From Flavobacteriales bacterium (GTDB taxonomy: Bacteria; Bacteroidota; Bacteroidia; CAIKAF01), in NCBI GenBank assembly GCA_026418175.1, contig JAOABX010000008.1:40111-104110 (forward strand): a DNA stretch of 64,000 nt. Direction: 5' to 3'. How positions within the stretch are numbered: the stretch's first letter is position 1; each line of letters begins with the position of its first letter. A program made the position numbers and the translations under genes. The notes beneath the pieces are model-generated. The model worked only from the letters and a program-made list of their open reading frames with translations, made no database searches and was not told the DNA's origin. Of this stretch, positions 60,036-64,000 are shown piece by piece.

Positions 60036-60101
60036 AAAATGTTAAGAACTAAACAAAACGATGTATTTATTATTTAACTCAAACACTTTAATTTAAACTG
60101 T

Positions 60102-60767
60102 ATGAAAACAAACAAGTTAACCATTGTTGCATTAATTGCAGGATTGACTGTTCTTAGTGCTTGCGGAGGCAAAAAAGAAACCGTGAAAGCCGGTGAAGAA
60201 CAACAAGTAGCCCAAGCTACGGAGCTTAGCAAAACCTACAATGTGGATGTAGCATCCAGTACTTTGGGATGGACCGGAACCAAAGTTACAGGGAAACATT
60301 TTGGAAAAATTGGAATTCAGAGAGGAACCATCAGTGTTGAAAAAAATGAAATTAAAGCCGGTTCGTTTGTAATTGACATGAAAACAATTACGGTAGAAGA
60401 CCTGACTGACCAAGAAGCAAATAAAAAGCTAGCTGGTCACCTGGCTTCTGCTGATTTCTTTGATGTAGAAAAATATGCTACTTCAAAATTTGAAATTACG
60501 GGTGTAGAAAAATTAGCTACTCCTGATGCAGATGGTAACAATTTCAAGATTATGGGTAATTTAACCATCAAGGATGTAACTAAGAACATTACAATTCCGG
60601 CAAACATTACCATGGATGAAAATCAATTCACTGCTAAAGCCAAATTCTCCATCGATCGTACGGAGTGGAATATCCAGTACGGTTCTGGTAAGTTTTTCAA
60701 AGGCCTGGGCGATAAAATGATCCATGATGCCATTGAATTTGATTTGAACTTGGTGGCTAAACCATAA
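60102..60767 (+). CDS. YceI family lipoprotein
   Basis: LSAC lipobox, HLASADFFDVEKY, GNLTIK, IDRTEWNI. Confidence 0.92.
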   Translation: MKTNKLTIVALIAGLTVLSACGGKKETVKAGEEQQVAQATELSKTYNVDVASSTLGWTGTKVTGKHFGKIGIQRGTISVEKNEIKAGSFVIDMKTITVEDLTDQEANKKLAGHLASADFFDVEKYATSKFEITGVEKLATPDADGNNFKIMGNLTIKDVTKNITIPANITMDENQFTAKAKFSIDRTEWNIQYGSGKFFKGLGDKMIHDAIEFDLNLVAKP

Positions 60768-60789
60768 GTAAGTCAGATTGTAATTTGTG

Positions 60790-60820
60790 AAAGGCAGGAT
60801 GTAAATCATCCTGCCTTTTT
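60790..60820 (+). terminator. Rho-independent terminator
   Basis: AAAGGCAGGATG-TAAAT-CATCCTGCCTTTTT. Confidence 0.85.
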
Positions 60821-60838
60821 GTGTTAAAAAGTGTTAAA

Positions 60839-60870
<32 letters not shown>

Positions 60871-60897
60871 TCTAGAAAAATTTTAAATTTTATTTTC

Positions 60898-61251
60898 ATG
60901 AAAAATAAATTTAATTTCTGGGTTATTTCTTTGATGTTATTATCTTACTCTTGTTCCAATGAAGTAGATGTTGATCATTCTCTTCATACAAGGTGTTACA
61001 ACAAAGATGGAATTGTTGTGGATTGTAAAGATGTAAACAATCCTGAATTTTTTATTGAAAATTTGCAGGATAAATCTTCGGAGGTTAGATGGGAAGGTGT
61101 AGAATGTATTATTATGGTAAACGGCAAAGAATGTAGAGGGATTCAATGTATTAAATCACGAATATCCAATTGCAATAATATATCGGGAAGTACTGCATGT
61201 GTTGTATGTGGAAATTGTGGTAATCCGCCGGAGTGTATGAGTTCTTTTTAA
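60898..61251 (+). CDS. Small cysteine-rich lipoprotein
   Basis: Lipobox-like SYSC plus 10 further Cys in 117 aa. Confidence 0.65.
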   Translation: MKNKFNFWVISLMLLSYSCSNEVDVDHSLHTRCYNKDGIVVDCKDVNNPEFFIENLQDKSSEVRWEGVECIIMVNGKECRGIQCIKSRISNCNNISGSTACVVCGNCGNPPECMSSF

Positions 61252-61254
61252 ATA

Positions 61255-62484
61255 GTGAATATGCATAAAAGAGGTAATTATTATTTTAAAATATATTTTC
61301 ATTCAATATTTGTATTTATTTGCTTTATTTTAGTTAGTTGTAGCGAACAAAATAAAGCAAAGGATAGTGGGCTCTCTTTTTATTATGAAATAATTCAATT
61401 TCATGGTAAGTATATAGATAGTCTTCTTAAAAATACACCTATAATTTATTTAGATATTTCAAACGATGCTAATGGAAATGCTGATATTTTAATTGCAGAT
61501 AATTATTTAAATAATAGTGTATGGTTTATATCATTGATTGATACCAATGTAGGCTACAAGGTCAAATATCCAGAAAACCATAATATTAGTTTATCAACTC
61601 ATCACGTAGCTCGTTTGAATAATGATTTTTACTGGATTGATGGTTTAACAAGTAATTTATACCTATATCATTGGGGGGACACCGTTTTTCGTTTTGTTGA
61701 AACGTTAAATACTAATTTAGACTTAGTAGCTGAGGGTTTAGAAGTATGGCCTTCTCTAATATGTTCTTCTAATATAAGAAGCTGTTTTTTTATTGGCGAC
61801 TCATTGTTAGCATTTCCATGTTTGTCAAGAGTAGATGGAAATGGGACTTACGTTAATGCTGTAAATAACTTCCCTTTTACTGGTTTTTATAATATTTATA
61901 CAAAAAAAATAAAATTTAGTAAATTCAAATATCCTCCAATTTTTGAAAAAAAATATTATGGGATGTTGTCAAAATTCTTTCAGGTTTATGATAATCATCG
62001 TAAAATTTATTATTATTCACCTGCACTTACTCAAATCTTTACATATGATATTTTAAGTGATAAAATTGATAGTTTTAATATTCGCAGTAAATATCAAAAT
62101 GAAGAAATACCGTTTTTTAACATTGATTCGCCTGATTTAATACAACATATAGAACAACGGGCATTAGTAAATCATAACAGGCAATCACCAAATTATAGAC
62201 GATTATTTATTTCTCCTGATGGTAAGTTGTTCTATCGTATTTTTAAAAATGGAACATCTAATGTTAATTTTTTATCTGATAATAATTCATCAAATGAAAA
62301 TTATGATGATTATTATTTAATTGTATTCAATAATAAATATCAAATATTGACTGAATTTAAATTGCCTAAGGAGGCATTTATTTATAGTGTTTTTGCATTT
62401 AATGATGGGATATACATTATGTATTCTCCGAAAGGAAAGTCTTATGATGAAGGTCTTTATTGGCTCAAAATTAGCATAAGATAA
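61255..62484 (+). CDS. DUF4221-like beta-propeller lipoprotein
   Basis: LVSC lipobox; 'YRRLFISPDGKLFYRIF', 'LIVFNNKYQILTEFKLP', 'DGIYI'. Start may be the ATG at 61261. Confidence 0.65.
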   Translation: MNMHKRGNYYFKIYFHSIFVFICFILVSCSEQNKAKDSGLSFYYEIIQFHGKYIDSLLKNTPIIYLDISNDANGNADILIADNYLNNSVWFISLIDTNVGYKVKYPENHNISLSTHHVARLNNDFYWIDGLTSNLYLYHWGDTVFRFVETLNTNLDLVAEGLEVWPSLICSSNIRSCFFIGDSLLAFPCLSRVDGNGTYVNAVNNFPFTGFYNIYTKKIKFSKFKYPPIFEKKYYGMLSKFFQVYDNHRKIYYYSPALTQIFTYDILSDKIDSFNIRSKYQNEEIPFFNIDSPDLIQHIEQRALVNHNRQSPNYRRLFISPDGKLFYRIFKNGTSNVNFLSDNNSSNENYDDYYLIVFNNKYQILTEFKLPKEAFIYSVFAFNDGIYIMYSPKGKSYDEGLYWLKISIR

Positions 62485-62628
62485 TTTTATCATTTTAAGA
62501 ACAAACTTTCAGGGTTGTTTTAGCATATGAATGTGTCTGCCTAGAAAATAAATTCTTATTTTTAAAAATCAGTTTAATTCCTGTTTGTTTTCCTACAGCC
62601 AACCAAGCAAAAATTTGTTGGCTTTCTG

Positions 62629-62652
62629 AAAAAAAAGCCCCGGTCGGGGCTT
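62629..62652 (-). terminator. Terminator downstream of tRNA-Ser
   Basis: AAGCCCCG/CGGGGCTT stem followed by a T-run on the minus strand. Confidence 0.7.
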
Positions 62653-62664
62653 AAGCATTTTCTT

Positions 62665-62752
62665 TGGCGGAGAGTGAGGGATTCGAACCCCCGGAACCTC
62701 TCGGTTCAACGGTTTTCAAGACCGCCGCAATCGACCACTCTGCCAACTCTCC
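62665..62752 (-). tRNA. tRNA-Ser (TGA)
   Basis: GGAGAGTTGGCAGAGTGG...CT-TGA-AA..., long variable arm, GGTTCGAATCC, encoded CCA; TACTTTTG promoter at 62758-62765. Confidence 0.95.
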
Positions 62753-62794
62753 GGGGGCAAAAGTAGTACAAATTTTATAATTCCAAAATGCAGG

Positions 62795-63460
62795 CTATTC
62801 AAAGTTGGTCATGGAATGCCACTTGCGGACATTTACCATGGGCTGCGTAGCAAGTTCTGTGCGGATTACATCTATAATGCTGGGATAAGTGTTAGCCAAA
62901 ATTTTTTCCAGTTTGCTTTCCTTTTTCCACTTAATTTTTGTGATGCCTTCTTTTACTTGCGGAGTTAGGTTTTTATCTTCAGAATACATCCGGAACCAAA
63001 CGGTTTTTTTGAGCTTTCTGTTTAAGGGCGAACCATACGTATGGTAAGTATCAGTGAGGTGACGAATAATAATCAGATTTTTAATTCCACATTCTTCCTG
63101 TACTTCCCGCAGGGCGGTAGTTTCAATGTCTTCATTGGGTTCTGTTTTTCCTTTGGGCAAATCCCATTTGCCGTTTCTAAAAATAAATAAAATCTTGTTT
63201 TTTTCGTTTCGAACCAATCCGCCTCCGGCTATTACTAACTGGTAATGTTTGCGAAATTTTCTCCACATCAACGGAACATCATCACCAATCACATAATAGC
63301 ATAGTTTTTCGCCAATGTGATTTTCAAATAATCGAATAATTTTTTCAAATGAGTCTGATTTTTCAAAGGCAACTACACTTACTTTTTTAAAACCAGGAAC
63401 ATGTTTTGCCGGTTTCTCTGCGATAAACAGTACATTGCCGTTAATAAAAACTTTATACAT
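62795..63460 (-). CDS. NUDIX hydrolase
   Basis: Nudix box GKTEPNEDIETTALREVQEECGI. Confidence 0.92.
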   Translation of the reverse strand: MYKVFINGNVLFIAEKPAKHVPGFKKVSVVAFEKSDSFEKIIRLFENHIGEKLCYYVIGDDVPLMWRKFRKHYQLVIAGGGLVRNEKNKILFIFRNGKWDLPKGKTEPNEDIETTALREVQEECGIKNLIIIRHLTDTYHTYGSPLNRKLKKTVWFRMYSEDKNLTPQVKEGITKIKWKKESKLEKILANTYPSIIDVIRTELATQPMVNVRKWHSMTNFE

Positions 63461-63468
63461 TTGCAGCT

Positions 63469-64000
63469 ATGATTTATAGTGAAGAGGTTGCCCTGAACGT
63501 TGCTGAATATTTGCTGCAAATTAAAGCAATAAAATTAGAACCATCCAATCCTTTTACTTGGTCTTCCGGTTGGAAGTCGCCCATATATTGTGATAATCGT
63601 GTTACTTTATCCTATCCTCAGGTGCGTACTTATATTCGGCAGCAAATGGTAAAAGCCATTGAAGACCGTTTTGAAAAACCCCAAACCATAGCCGGGGTAG
63701 CTACGGGCGGTATTGCTCACGGAGTATTAGTAGCACAGGAACTAGGAGTTTCGTTTGTGTATGTTCGTCCTGAAAGCAAAAAACATGGACTTAAAAATCA
63801 AATCGAAGGCCATTTGCAGCATCGCAACAATGTTGTGGTAGTAGAAGACTTAGTTTCTACCGGAAAGAGTTCGCTTGCTGTAGTTGATGTTTTAAGAGCA
63901 GAAGGGTGTGATGTTAAAAGCATGGCTGCCATTTTTAATTATGGATTTGAAGAAACAGAATTATTATTTAAAAAACATAAAGTAGAATTGATAACCCTTT
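63469..64000 (+). CDS. pyrE: Orotate phosphoribosyltransferase, 3'-partial
   Basis: Hand translation gives LLQIKAIKL, FTWSSGWKSPIYCDNR and the PRPP-binding VVVEDLVSTGKS; runs off the window. Confidence 0.95.
   Translation, partial: MIYSEEVALNVAEYLLQIKAIKLEPSNPFTWSSGWKSPIYCDNRVTLSYPQVRTYIRQQMVKAIEDRFEKPQTIAGVATGGIAHGVLVAQELGVSFVYVRPESKKHGLKNQIEGHLQHRNNVVVVEDLVSTGKSSLAVVDVLRAEGCDVKSMAAIFNYGFEETELLFKKHKVELITL

Overview
Chromosomal window from an AT-rich Bacteroidota genome, judged from type IX secretion C-terminal domains, TAnnTTTG -7 promoter motifs and the relA-fur-STAS-purA gene order. Most of it is housekeeping or envelope genes: ABC1/UbiB kinase, a TRAP transporter with a TatT-like component, DUF1800/DUF1501, an ECF sigma locus, surface-glycan genes, FNR/ferredoxin, queA, murF, ccmE/ccmF, meaB, dnaE, fahA, relA, fur, purA, ptrB, tRNA-His, tRNA-Ser and partial pyrE. 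The main accessory feature is at about 26.4-31.2 kb, between murF and ccmE: an integron-like gene-cassette array on the minus strand with no integrase in the window. It has a promoter-bearing leader and three cassettes bounded by matching GTT.../...AAC core sites and long attC-like hairpins. The cargo is an unknown membrane protein, a PIN toxin with an unannotated 50-aa partner, and a nucleotide-cyclase-like protein. An IS1182-family element and a remnant of a related element both end exactly 4 nt from a core site. Other oddities: a steroid 5-alpha-reductase plus SDR pair heading a glycosylation operon, a T9SS FG-GAP gene broken by one in-frame TGA, and an (ATT)10 tract before a Cys-rich lipoprotein. 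All family assignments come from motif recognition by eye; no database search was run.
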